Virus record (IMG/VR): IMGVR_UViG_3300044675_001822
Coordinates: 1 to 25,370 of that record
From: a virus
Taxonomy: Duplodnaviria; Caudoviricetes
Direction: 5' to 3' (one strand)
Length of the DNA: 25,370 bases
The notes beneath the pieces were generated by a model that was not told the DNA's origin, made no database searches, and saw nothing but the letters and a program-made list of their open reading frames with translations. Numbering within the stretch: the first letter of the stretch is position 1; each line of letters opens with the position of its first letter. The translations under genes and the position numbers were made by a program. Of this stretch, positions 16,826 through 25,154 are shown piece by piece.

Positions 16826-16855
16826 CAAAGATAACAAATCTAAGCAAAAAGACAA
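16826..16855 (-). promoter_or_regulatory. Bacteroidota sigma-A promoter (TTG-19 nt-TATCTTTG), 7 nt before the VRR-NUC ATG
   Basis: TATCTTTG-TAGTCCC-ATG; TTG at 16855-16853. Confidence 0.65.
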
Positions 16856-17349
16856 GCATTAATATTGTTTTTTAAAACTCCATTAAGCTTCATACTTGCC
16901 TGTGAAATTGAAATTTTTCTAACACTTGCAAAATCACCGATGGATTCGTAAACAGTATTTGAAATTAAACACAAAACTTTTTTCTTCAATTTGGCTCTAG
17001 TCTTTTCAATAGATTCCATCGTTGGAGTATTTTTGTTGTAGAAAACAGATGTTACATGATGAAGTGCGTTTTCCTTTGGTGTAACCCACTCTAGATTTGT
17101 GTAGTTGTTATTTTCCCTATTGTGGTCTATGTGGTTTACGTGTGGCTTTATTAGCGGATTATCGCAAAATGCCTCGGCGACAAGCCTGTGTATATAAAAC
17201 ATTTTTGCAACTCCATTTTTATTTAAAGATACAATCATATACCTTTCTGACTTTACATTTTTTAAATACTTTTTTCTTTTCAAACCATACACTAAGCCAT
17301 CGTCTGATATTGTGTATAATCCTTCGTAACCTTTGATTTCTTTTTCCAT
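16840..17349 (-). mobile_element. Free-standing NUMOD4-HNH homing endonuclease gene
   Basis: IKGYEGLYTISDDG (NUMOD4), HRLVAEAF, VNHIDHNRENNNYTNLEWVT (HNH); visibly more AT-rich than neighbours; splits the usual helicase/VRR-NUC pair. Confidence 0.9.
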
Positions 17350-18596
17350 TATTTTATCATCTTTTTAAAGTGTGAAATAGTAAAGTTCTTTTTTCCTTGA
17401 ACAACCTTATAAATTTTCTCCTCGATACCACCCTCAGCAAAGACCCAGTACACGTTATTCTCTAGCCTGTCCATCGTAGTTAGGCGATCCCGGCTCTGCC
17501 AATAAGACGTGGCCGAGAAGTCAATGTTGTAGTAGACCAAGTAGTCGGCCTGCATCAAAGAGATTCCCTCACGCCCCGTAACAATTTGTATAGCAAAGTT
17601 GTTACACTCACCTGCATGAAATTTTCCTAAATCGGTGGTCATATCTTCTTGAAAGACAGACAACAAGCTTTCTAGCTCTGCCTGGAACTTGTAGAATACC
17701 GCTATGCGTTTTCCTGCAAAGTGCTCCTTGATAAACTCAGACTTGGTGTTGTCAAAGACTAGCCTGTTCCCTGACTCTAGGATGACAGTTCCGCTGTAGA
17801 TCTGGTGCAGCTTCTGCATCAGCTTTACCGGCGTGTCCGCAAGTATCACGTCGCTCTTGCCCTCGAAGACCAGGTCCTTCTTCAGCTTGTCTGCGATCTT
17901 GTAGGTGGTCTCGCTCATCTTGACCATGAGGACGTGCTCGTTTACCTTGGATGTAAATCCGGCCTCGTCCTGCGTGTAGCTGATCATGTAAGGCTGTACC
18001 GCCGGCATGATGCTCTCCTTGATGCCGTTCGAGTAGTCGTGGACCCTGAATCCGTTGATCATCCGCTCCCAGATCTTCACGTAGATGTGAGCCCACTTGT
18101 AGAAGGTCGGCTCGCAGAACGGAGACCTTGACCCGAGTACCCACATCTGATGGTACATCTGTGAGTATGACTCCGGTGACGGCGTTCCAGAAAGGAAGAT
18201 GACATATGGATTGTGCTTGTGCACCAGGTCCCGTGCCACCTTGGCCCTGTTGCTTGGCTTGGGAAATGCTCCCATGCTGTGAGCCTCGTCGAACACAATG
18301 GCGTCTATCTTTTCAATGTCGACCTTGTGCAGGCTCTCGTAGTTGATAAACGTGCAATTATAGCTAGGGGCCAGAGCCTTGTAGTCCTTCTGGATTCCGG
18401 ATATCGCCTTCTTCTTGGTGACAAATACCATTTCGTTGACGTCACCAACATGGTCAAGAGCAGACAAGGCCGTCAAGGTCTTGCCTGTTCTAACTTCCAT
18501 GGAAAGATATGCAAAACGAGGGGCTCCCCCCAATAATTTGCAAGTTTTTTCCACTATAGCCTGCTGATATGGTCTTAATGTGATATTTTTTTCCAT
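17349..18596 (-). CDS. Superfamily 2 (SNF2-like) helicase
   Basis: LRPYQ, TGKT (I), DEAH (II), LSGTP (III), GREGISL (V), YWQSRDR (VI). Confidence 0.9.
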   Translation of the reverse strand: MEKNITLRPYQQAIVEKTCKLLGGAPRFAYLSMEVRTGKTLTALSALDHVGDVNEMVFVTKKKAISGIQKDYKALAPSYNCTFINYESLHKVDIEKIDAIVFDEAHSMGAFPKPSNRAKVARDLVHKHNPYVIFLSGTPSPESYSQMYHQMWVLGSRSPFCEPTFYKWAHIYVKIWERMINGFRVHDYSNGIKESIMPAVQPYMISYTQDEAGFTSKVNEHVLMVKMSETTYKIADKLKKDLVFEGKSDVILADTPVKLMQKLHQIYSGTVILESGNRLVFDNTKSEFIKEHFAGKRIAVFYKFQAELESLLSVFQEDMTTDLGKFHAGECNNFAIQIVTGREGISLMQADYLVYYNIDFSATSYWQSRDRLTTMDRLENNVYWVFAEGGIEEKIYKVVQGKKNFTISHFKKMIK

Positions 18597-21010
18597 TAGA
18601 ATTCAAATTCAGATTGCTCCGGCTCCTTCTTTACAAACTTGATCCATCGTCCAGAACCATCACGTCCCTGCTCTACGGTCTCTCCGGTGTAGAACATACC
18701 GAACGACTCAAGCCACTTGTAGAACTTGTTCAACGATATCGATGTCTTTCCTCTCTGACCAAAGTCAGGGTTGTCCAACACGAAGTCCTTGTACACGTCC
18801 TCCTTGTAGATCTTAGAGTTTGTTCTGAGGTACCTGTTCTCGCTGTCTGTCATCCACTCCCAGAAGCTGTGGTCCGTCTCTGCGATAAACTTACGTGTCT
18901 TCAGGTTCTTGAAGTCAGACTTGATGAATCCAAAGCACAGGTAGTTCTTTAGGTTGTTGACCATGTAGTTGTCAAACTTACACCAGTCGTCATCATTCCA
19001 GTCCTCGAACAGCAACCGGCCAAACTCTACGTGTGGCGTGAAGTCCTTGTTGTAGTACTGCTTGAACTCCAGCTCCCACTTGCGTCTCTCGAATGAGTTA
19101 CCCTTTCCCTTGATTGCGTAGTTGGTCGTGATAACAACCTTCGGCGACTTGTGGAACGGGATCTTGATGGCGTCCTTGTTCTTCTTCTCAAGAGTGATAC
19201 CCTCGGTAACGATAGAGAATAACCTCTCGAAGTCAAAGTTCCTTCTCACGTCATCGAACACGATGATCTGTGTATCGGTTGACACGGTCTGGTAAGCGAA
19301 GCTCCTCTCGAAGTTGAAACTCTTTCCATCGATCACCGATGACTTCTTCATCCTAGAGATGGCGTTCATGAATAGCCCCTTACCGGTTCCACCCTCTGGG
19401 TTGTCGGTGATGACCTCGTCATTGATGATAACCGCGGGGCAGTACCCGTGGTTCTTGTAGCTGTGCAGCAAGAAACCAACTGTACTCTCTACCGATCTGA
19501 CACGGTCCCTCTCTCCTCCAGATATGTTTGAGATGAATGTCTTGAAGTCGCAGTCATGCGAGTCGCATATCTCAAAGTCCCTGTCAATTACCTGGTCCTT
19601 CCACACGTAACCACCAAGGTCGATGTAGTCGATCATAACGATCTCGTTGCAGTTGGCCTTGACGGCGCAGTTCCTGTAGTACAGGTATGCATCGTCCTTG
19701 TCGTCCTCTACAAAGTACACGTCGACAGGAGACAGCAGAGACAGGAAGTCTTCCTTGAAGTATCTGGTCTTGTCTGCAAAGTGGTTGTAGATGGACAGGT
19801 CCTCCATCTTGAATAGATACTCTAGAACAAAGTCCTTGATCTCATCTTCAGATGCATTAGAAATAAGGTTATTCGTAACCTTAACAAAAATATAATTTTT
19901 TGTGCCCTCCGGCGAATACTTAAAGTAACCATTGTCTTCTAGAAATTCTTTTAATAAATAATGTACAACACTGACCGCACCCTTCGATGACTTGGTCCAA
20001 AACTCTTTGCTTGATGAGTCCTCCTCTATCTTTACCATTACGGCGTCAGATACACCGTCACTCAGCCCGGAATCTCTAAGCTGTTGACGGATCTCCTTTT
20101 TTGGCACGCCCTTCTTGATCTGCCTTCTCACGCTGTCGATCGCGTCCCGGTCCTCGAAGAACTTGGTATTGAAGTTCTGCTCCTTGCGGTAAGCGCTGTC
20201 GATTGTGGTCTTGATCTCAGATAATGGGAAGTCATCGTGTGCAAACTCTCCGAGCACGTAGCTCGCTAGCTCCTTGTTGACACCAAAGTCATTGAATGCG
20301 GCAGCTAGGATGTACACGTTGGCGTTTCTCTCGCCTACCACGATCCCGTACTGTCGCTCCCACCAAAGGCGTAGCCTGCGTACAATTTCGTTCTGGTCCG
20401 TAAGAGTGATGGTGCGCTCGTTGTCGGGCCTCTTGATCTGCTCGAACTCTTCCTCCGATACCTTGTCCCACTCCTTTGACTCTGGGTTATGGAATATCAA
20501 TGGGTCGTAAGACTCGTAACAGACACGGGAGATGTTCTTCGATGTCTTGTCAAACTGCTCGCAGTTGTAGTACTTCTCGAGTGACTTGAAGTATGACTTG
20601 TGCTTGTCCTCGTCTGCCGGTATCTTGACCAGCAACTTGAGCCCATCGCCAGATGGCGATATGAACACTGACAGGGTGTACTTGTCCTTGGTGAACTCCT
20701 CCTTCTTGGCAAGCATGTCTGCCTTCTTTGAGAAGCCATCGAAGTCGAGGCAGATCACGCCAGAGTGAGAGACCAGTGCAGAGTCTTCCCTGCGTGTGAA
20801 CTCACCAGAGAAGCAGATAGCCGGTAGCTCCTTCTTTATCTGGTTTCGTTTCTCCTTGTCCTTCTCCTCTCTGATCCGCTTGACGATGTCCTTGGACTTG
20901 CCCTCCTTGATCCTGTGAATGATGTAGTCGACCGACCTGTAGAATGGCGCCGACGTGTCCTTGATGCTCTTGAATATTGTTATGTTTCCCATTGGATTTG
21001 ATTTGTTCAT
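18596..21010 (-). CDS. Primase-helicase: BT4734/VirE-N-type primase domain, PriCT-like domain, P-loop helicase
   Basis: KKELP, CLDFD, FISPSGDGLK, SRVCYESYDP; GERNA (PriCT-like); GGTGKG (Walker A), IIVFDD (Walker B). Start placed at ATG 21010 (ATGA overlap with the upstream stop); 20992 is an alternative. Confidence 0.85.
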   Translation of the reverse strand: MNKSNPMGNITIFKSIKDTSAPFYRSVDYIIHRIKEGKSKDIVKRIREEKDKEKRNQIKKELPAICFSGEFTRREDSALVSHSGVICLDFDGFSKKADMLAKKEEFTKDKYTLSVFISPSGDGLKLLVKIPADEDKHKSYFKSLEKYYNCEQFDKTSKNISRVCYESYDPLIFHNPESKEWDKVSEEEFEQIKRPDNERTITLTDQNEIVRRLRLWWERQYGIVVGERNANVYILAAAFNDFGVNKELASYVLGEFAHDDFPLSEIKTTIDSAYRKEQNFNTKFFEDRDAIDSVRRQIKKGVPKKEIRQQLRDSGLSDGVSDAVMVKIEEDSSSKEFWTKSSKGAVSVVHYLLKEFLEDNGYFKYSPEGTKNYIFVKVTNNLISNASEDEIKDFVLEYLFKMEDLSIYNHFADKTRYFKEDFLSLLSPVDVYFVEDDKDDAYLYYRNCAVKANCNEIVMIDYIDLGGYVWKDQVIDRDFEICDSHDCDFKTFISNISGGERDRVRSVESTVGFLLHSYKNHGYCPAVIINDEVITDNPEGGTGKGLFMNAISRMKKSSVIDGKSFNFERSFAYQTVSTDTQIIVFDDVRRNFDFERLFSIVTEGITLEKKNKDAIKIPFHKSPKVVITTNYAIKGKGNSFERRKWELEFKQYYNKDFTPHVEFGRLLFEDWNDDDWCKFDNYMVNNLKNYLCFGFIKSDFKNLKTRKFIAETDHSFWEWMTDSENRYLRTNSKIYKEDVYKDFVLDNPDFGQRGKTSISLNKFYKWLESFGMFYTGETVEQGRDGSGRWIKFVKKEPEQSEFEF

Positions 21011-21210
21011 TTGTATGCGGAACCATTTATCATGTCTTGCAACACGTCCATGATGTCCTGCTGTGTCTGGCCCCAGTACATAGTGCACTTGCCATCTATG
21101 ATCGGGGACTCGGTAAAGTATGACTGATACTCATCCGCCGGGTCCGTGAACCTGTGGCATGTCTCCTTCATGGGACATCCCTCTCCCCTGCATTTAGTTA
21201 TGTCGCTCAT
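21007..21210 (-). CDS. Small Cys-rich hypothetical protein
   Basis: MSDITKC-x4-CP-x4-CHRF...YQSYF...C; ATGA-coupled on both sides. Confidence 0.75.
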   Translation of the reverse strand: MSDITKCRGEGCPMKETCHRFTDPADEYQSYFTESPIIDGKCTMYWGQTQQDIMDVLQDMINGSAYK

Positions 21211-21572
21211 AAATTATCGATCTCTTGTCTTACTCTGTGAAGGTACTCATACATTTCGTCGGCTTGCTTTCCAGTGAACGTGAATGCCACGCCGAGCATG
21301 CTCTGAATTTCTTTGGTTGCGAACAGCTTTGCGGTAGGCCACTCAATACGTGAGTCGTCGCTAATCTTAAAGCTCCTGTTCTTCATGTAATACTCGACCA
21401 TCTCCTTGGCCTTGATTTTTGCTTCTATCATAAATTTAATTGCTTCTTGTATTGTGTCAAACTCTCTTACCCTCTCCATGTTCACGTAAACTCTTATTTT
21501 CCTCTTGTCATTTACTGTCGCTCTTACGATTTGAGTGTTCGAAGGTATGGTTTTTGTGTCGATTTTTTGCAT
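21207..21572 (-). CDS. Hypothetical protein (start uncertain)
   Basis: Start at ATG 21572 preferred, because the extension to 21644 just reads through the iteron repeats; stop overlaps the next ATG. Confidence 0.6.
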   Translation of the reverse strand: MQKIDTKTIPSNTQIVRATVNDKRKIRVYVNMERVREFDTIQEAIKFMIEAKIKAKEMVEYYMKNRSFKISDDSRIEWPTAKLFATKEIQSMLGVAFTFTGKQADEMYEYLHRVRQEIDNL

Positions 21573-21790
21573 TTTGTGTCGATTTTTTGGGGTTTGTGTC
21601 GACTTAGTGTCGATTTTAAAATGAACCGACACAACCAAACTCATTGAATTTCTTCTACTTAGCTATTTTGTGTCGATTTTTACTATACTTATTAGTAATT
21701 TAAAAAAAATATATATAGAATACAATTTTATATATATAGAGTAGGGGACCTAAAAACCGACACAACGACACATGGGGCAGTCCCATGTGC
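21551..21790. other. Candidate iteron-type replication origin
   Basis: Eight (T)GTGTCG copies: direct at 21555, 21575, 21595, 21607, 21669; inverted at 21627, 21758, 21766. They flank an AT-rich tract with TATATATA runs (about 21676-21740); hairpin CACATGGG/CCCATGTG at 21769-21789. Confidence 0.7.
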
Positions 21791-21805
21791 CTGTGCCTTG
21801 GTTTC

Positions 21806-22096
21806 TTAGAACGGTAACTCTTCGGATGGTGCGCCTGCCTTCTTGGGCTCATTAGAGGACTTCTCAGCCACTTTAATGCTTCCGTCGGTCCAAACTACCT
21901 TTCCTCCTCCGATGTAGGCCTTAGAAGCCTTCGCTTCGCGTTCCTCTTTTGTCTGCGACTCGTAGATGGAAGCGTTCTTGCCCCACTGGTTCGTTGCATC
22001 GTCTACAGAGATGGTTACGTCAAGGTACTTTCCGTCCTTGATTTTGCTTTTCGTGATCTTGCTCACGTCGATTGATAAACTGATTAATGTACTCAT
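21806..22096 (-). CDS. Probable single-stranded DNA-binding protein
   Basis: 96 aa, beta-rich, C-terminal acidic EELPF tail; directly downstream of the annealase and exonuclease genes. Confidence 0.65.
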   Translation of the reverse strand: MSTLISLSIDVSKITKSKIKDGKYLDVTISVDDATNQWGKNASIYESQTKEEREAKASKAYIGGGKVVWTDGSIKVAEKSSNEPKKAGAPSEELPF

Positions 22097-22827
22097 AGTG
22101 TTTCTTTTGTGTAATACTGTGTGATGTCCTCCGTTTTATTTGGCCCGAAGAACTTGCGCCATACTTCTACTGCTCTTTGCACTTTCTCTTTTCCTCTGTC
22201 CAAGAACTCGTCAGAGCAATCGAATAGTCCTGTCTTGTTGGTTCCCTTTTCTACAGCGATAAAGATAACCGGCTTTCCGAAGATCTGGTTGTAGATGTAG
22301 GCCTGCGAGTCATAGTTATACTTCCTTGCAGAATACTTGAACTCCTCGATGTTTGATGTGGTCTTTAGGTCGATGACAAACTCAGATGAGATGATGTCAG
22401 CCTTCCCCTTCCAGATCTCGCCCATTACATTGGATATACCCGGCTGCTCGTACATATTGCCGTCCTCGTAGATCATGTCGAAGAAGTCCATACGGCCCTT
22501 GACAGACTCGACCATCGAGTCCAGCTCCTCTACCTCCTTAGAGAGAAGTATGATGTCTACACCCTGTGCCTCGCACATCTCTTTGTACTTGTTGGTATTT
22601 CGAGACGTCACGTCGCAGATCAGGAAGTCTACCATCTTCTGTGGCTCCAGCATTGCGGTGTGGAAGTAAGAACCCTGTACCATCGGTACAGTCTTCTCCT
22701 TGTCCTTGCCGTACGATGACGGGTCCTTTAGAAGTGTGCCGATGTCTGAGTTGGACAGGAACTTCTTACCGAATTGCCCGTAATACTCAGAGTCGCTGTT
22801 CAGTCTTGTTAGGATTTCTTGGGTCAC
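22093..22827 (-). CDS. PD-(D/E)xK exonuclease, RecE/ExoVIII-like
   Basis: LSNS, GSYFHTAMLEP, KGKADI, IDLKTT, YNYDSQAYIY. Confidence 0.85.
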   Translation of the reverse strand: MTQEILTRLNSDSEYYGQFGKKFLSNSDIGTLLKDPSSYGKDKEKTVPMVQGSYFHTAMLEPQKMVDFLICDVTSRNTNKYKEMCEAQGVDIILLSKEVEELDSMVESVKGRMDFFDMIYEDGNMYEQPGISNVMGEIWKGKADIISSEFVIDLKTTSNIEEFKYSARKYNYDSQAYIYNQIFGKPVIFIAVEKGTNKTGLFDCSDEFLDRGKEKVQRAVEVWRKFFGPNKTEDITQYYTKETL

Positions 22828-23408
22828 GATGCAACCTCCTTGTTAACCTCTGTCCTGATCACGTCCGTGATGTTGTACTTCTTGGACAACTGCTCAAGGA
22901 TAAACTTCGATCCCTTCTTCTTGTTGGCGTTGACATAGTTCATCACCCTTACCCAGTTCTCATCGCCCAACTCTAGTTCGATGATGATACCCTCTGCACT
23001 TGGTGTGGCTTTGGCCGCCTTCTCCTCGTCTGGCATGTCCTCTCCGGCGTAGACGTAAAGACCTAGTCCGTGTAGTCCGATCGCCTTAGTGGTAGACCTT
23101 TGGATCGCCTTGTTCACGTCAAATGATGTGACCCTCTCGATTGGAAGGGAAGCATTCTTGGCGTCCATAATCGGTAGGTAATCGATGTGCTCCTGCCCGT
23201 CGATGGTGATACCAACCTTGACCCATGCCGTCTTTCCGTCTGTGTGGTAGTTGTTACCGGTCTCAGACTCGTACACCTTTCGTGTCATGTCTGGGCAGAT
23301 CTTCATTGTCTCTTGCCATGCGTAGGCCCAAGACAGGTAACTTTGATTGCCCTTCTTCTCCGTCATCTTGTTGACGTTGATTGCATTTAATTCTTTAAAC
23401 TTGCTCAT
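22824..23408 (-). CDS. Sak-like (DUF1071-type) single-strand annealing protein
   Basis: EKKGNQSYLSWAYAW, YLPIMD, DVNKAIQRSTTKAIGLHGLGLYVYAGEDMP. Confidence 0.85.
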   Translation of the reverse strand: MSKFKELNAINVNKMTEKKGNQSYLSWAYAWQETMKICPDMTRKVYESETGNNYHTDGKTAWVKVGITIDGQEHIDYLPIMDAKNASLPIERVTSFDVNKAIQRSTTKAIGLHGLGLYVYAGEDMPDEEKAAKATPSAEGIIIELELGDENWVRVMNYVNANKKKGSKFILEQLSKKYNITDVIRTEVNKEVAS

Positions 23409-23616
23409 ATGTTTCTATTAATTTATTTAAGTACCATTGGGCCTTCTTGAGGTCCTCTATTTTATTCTTATCTTCATACCGCCAGATGTACTTCTGTATG
23501 TTACCCTTAAGGTATCCACAGAACTGGTCTTTGCTCATTGATGCCTCTATCGCTTGGATGCACTCGATACCCGATTGGTTATAGTGTGCAGGCTTCTCTA
23601 CGTTGTCAAAACTCAT
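23395..23616 (-). CDS. DUF3310 family protein (T7 gp1.7-like putative nucleotide kinase)
   Basis: VEKPAHY, IECI, GNIQKYIWRY, EDLKKAQWYL; start at ATG 23616. Confidence 0.85.
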   Translation of the reverse strand: MSFDNVEKPAHYNQSGIECIQAIEASMSKDQFCGYLKGNIQKYIWRYEDKNKIEDLKKAQWYLNKLIETYEQV

Positions 23617-23619
23617 ATG

Positions 23620-23650
23620 CAAATTTAACCATTAGTTGTCTGATTTCCAA
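23620..23650 (-). promoter_or_regulatory. Bacteroidota sigma-A promoter (TTG-20 nt-TAAATTTG), 3 nt before the DUF3310 ATG
   Basis: TAAATTTG-CAT-ATG; TTG at 23650-23648. Confidence 0.6.
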
Positions 23651-23931
23651 GGACTTTCTGATAATTTTAATCCCCAGTTCAGTGAAATCATTGACATCTG
23701 AACCTCGGCAGACTTGGCGTAAAGCCTCATGTACTTCATCAGATAGGCCTTCCCCCACTTGCGCCATTCAGCGTCCTGATCTGGGGTCATGGTCCACTCT
23801 TGGAACCAGTTGTCTTTCCTGTCAACGATGTCATTAAATGTCACATCGTGTCCGGCAATCTCAAACATCTTGTTGATCAGTGTCTCAAGTGCGATCTGCC
23901 ATTTTTCTTCATTACTTAATCTTTTCACCAT
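23632..23931 (-). CDS. Hypothetical Trp-rich protein
   Basis: 99-aa ATG ORF, co-oriented, fills the operon gap. Confidence 0.75.
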   Translation of the reverse strand: MVKRLSNEEKWQIALETLINKMFEIAGHDVTFNDIVDRKDNWFQEWTMTPDQDAEWRKWGKAYLMKYMRLYAKSAEVQMSMISLNWGLKLSESPWKSDN

Positions 23932-24061
23932 AGTCTTGTATTTTTTCTATTAGTTGATTCATCTTTACATTTATAAATACTATTATCTCCTCGCATACTA
24001 TCAGCGGTAGGCTCATCGAACCTAGCCCGAGTACCATTATGATCACGAACCCCTTTCTCAT
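23912..24061 (-). CDS. 49-aa hydrophobic (membrane) protein not in the ORF track
   Basis: MRKGFVIIMVLGLGSMSLPLIVCEEIIVFINVKMNQLIEKIQDYGEKIK; ATGA overlap with the GH73 stop, 20-nt overlap with the next gene. Confidence 0.65.
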   Translation of the reverse strand: MRKGFVIIMVLGLGSMSLPLIVCEEIIVFINVKMNQLIEKIQDYGEKIK

Positions 24062-24561
24062 TTCATTTCTTTTAGTTTGTTTACATACGATGGGTCACTT
24101 GCGTAAGATCCGTTGATGTTCTTCAAGTAACGGCCCTGTATGTGAGCGTAGCACTTGACGTTGTCCTTGTAGGTGTTGTACTTGGCGTAGGCTCCGTACT
24201 GGCCTGCCACGTGCTTGCACCTGTGGAACACAATACCGAACAGGTTCTTGGCCTCACGTCCAACCTTGGACTTGCCTAGGCCTGACTCGATCGTTGCCTG
24301 TGCAACCGCTACGTTTGGTAGTAGAACTCCGCTGGCAACCAACTCAGCGGTCAGACCGCTATCGGTCAGTGCCATGTCATTGCTCTCTTCGTTCACTATC
24401 ACGGAGTGGTACACGTGTCGTATCTTTTCCGGCAGGTTGGCCATGTACACAAAGCCAAGCCCCATCCCCAAGTTCAGCAGAACGCTTGCAAGCATGACTC
24501 TCTTCCAGTCGTACCTGAAGCATGTGGTCATGTCGTCGTTAATTACCAGTCTCCTTTTCAT
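24058..24561 (-). CDS. GH73 glucosaminidase-like peptidoglycan hydrolase with N-terminal transmembrane segment
   Basis: AQATIESG (catalytic Glu), NLFGI, YASDPSY; TM segment VMLASVLLNLGMGLGFVYMA. Start at 24561 or 24531, not 24654. Confidence 0.85.
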   Translation of the reverse strand: MKRRLVINDDMTTCFRYDWKRVMLASVLLNLGMGLGFVYMANLPEKIRHVYHSVIVNEESNDMALTDSGLTAELVASGVLLPNVAVAQATIESGLGKSKVGREAKNLFGIVFHRCKHVAGQYGAYAKYNTYKDNVKCYAHIQGRYLKNINGSYASDPSYVNKLKEMK

Positions 24562-24802
24562 ACTTATAGTTAAAATAGTCCGTACCAGATACGATCCAAG
24601 GCTCATACAGCCCGTCAGTGCACGCTTGAACAATACATTTCTTTTCATCCGCAAGGGATTGCAATAACTGTTCCTTAAGGCTGACAGCCTCCTGCAGTGC
24701 TCCCATGTGGAAGTTTGAGTCGTTACTGAGTGTCTGTGCCTGCGAGTGGAATGAGATCCTGCTCTCCACCTGCTGTAATAATTTTTGAATAGGGGTTTTC
24801 AT
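24539..24802 (-). CDS. Hypothetical protein
   Basis: 87-aa ATG ORF (MKTPIQKLL...) with A-rich start context, overlapping neighbours. Confidence 0.65.
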   Translation of the reverse strand: MKTPIQKLLQQVESRISFHSQAQTLSNDSNFHMGALQEAVSLKEQLLQSLADEKKCIVQACTDGLYEPWIVSGTDYFNYKYEKETGN

Positions 24803-25154
24803 ATGTCTTCTTTAATATGTTAGTTCTCTGTTCTTGATACTTTGTCGGATCTTGGCCGGCAGATAGTCTGTTCTGAATGATCCTGTTCAACGCCTCGATC
24901 TGGTATTTGTATGTCTGTAGTTCTACAAACTTGGTTCCCATGATCCATCCATCGGCCTCGAAGACCGCGTACTCTGAGTCCTTCAACTTCTTGTAGAAGT
25001 CTCCGCCCAGCCTAGTGTTCTTGATGATGATCTTTCCGTTATTAAATCTCTCTATCTTGCATCCGTTCTGGATCGTGAATAGTGAGTCGTTGCCGATGAA
25101 GAAGGAATTATCCTTGTGTCTCAGCGCTTCGTTCCAAATGTCTTGTAGTGTCAT
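24723..25154 (-). CDS. Hypothetical protein
   Basis: 143-aa ATG ORF, A-rich start context (AAACTAATCA-ATG), co-oriented. Confidence 0.7.
   Translation of the reverse strand: MTLQDIWNEALRHKDNSFFIGNDSLFTIQNGCKIERFNNGKIIIKNTRLGGDFYKKLKDSEYAVFEADGWIMGTKFVELQTYKYQIEALNRIIQNRLSAGQDPTKYQEQRTNILKKTYENPYSKIITAGGEQDLIPLAGTDTQ

Noticed and set aside
16840-17349. Group I intron around the HNH gene
   Set aside because: Both flanking genes are complete and there is no room for a ribozyme core.
21011-21088. N-terminal extension of the primase-helicase (830-aa version)
   Set aside because: GTG start inside the upstream gene; the ATGA-coupled ATG at 21010 is more plausible.
21551-21772. CRISPR or coding repeat (KIDTK repeats in ORF 21207..21644)
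   Set aside because: 7-bp cores in both orientations continuing into non-coding DNA; better explained as DNA binding sites.
24562-24654. N-terminal extension of the GH73 ORF (198-aa version)
   Set aside because: TTG start deep within the 87-aa gene; downstream ATGs precede the TM segment.
12474-24667. Plus-strand and alternative-frame ORFs within the replication arm
   Set aside because: Shadows caused by G/C-ending codon bias; fully contained in well-supported genes.
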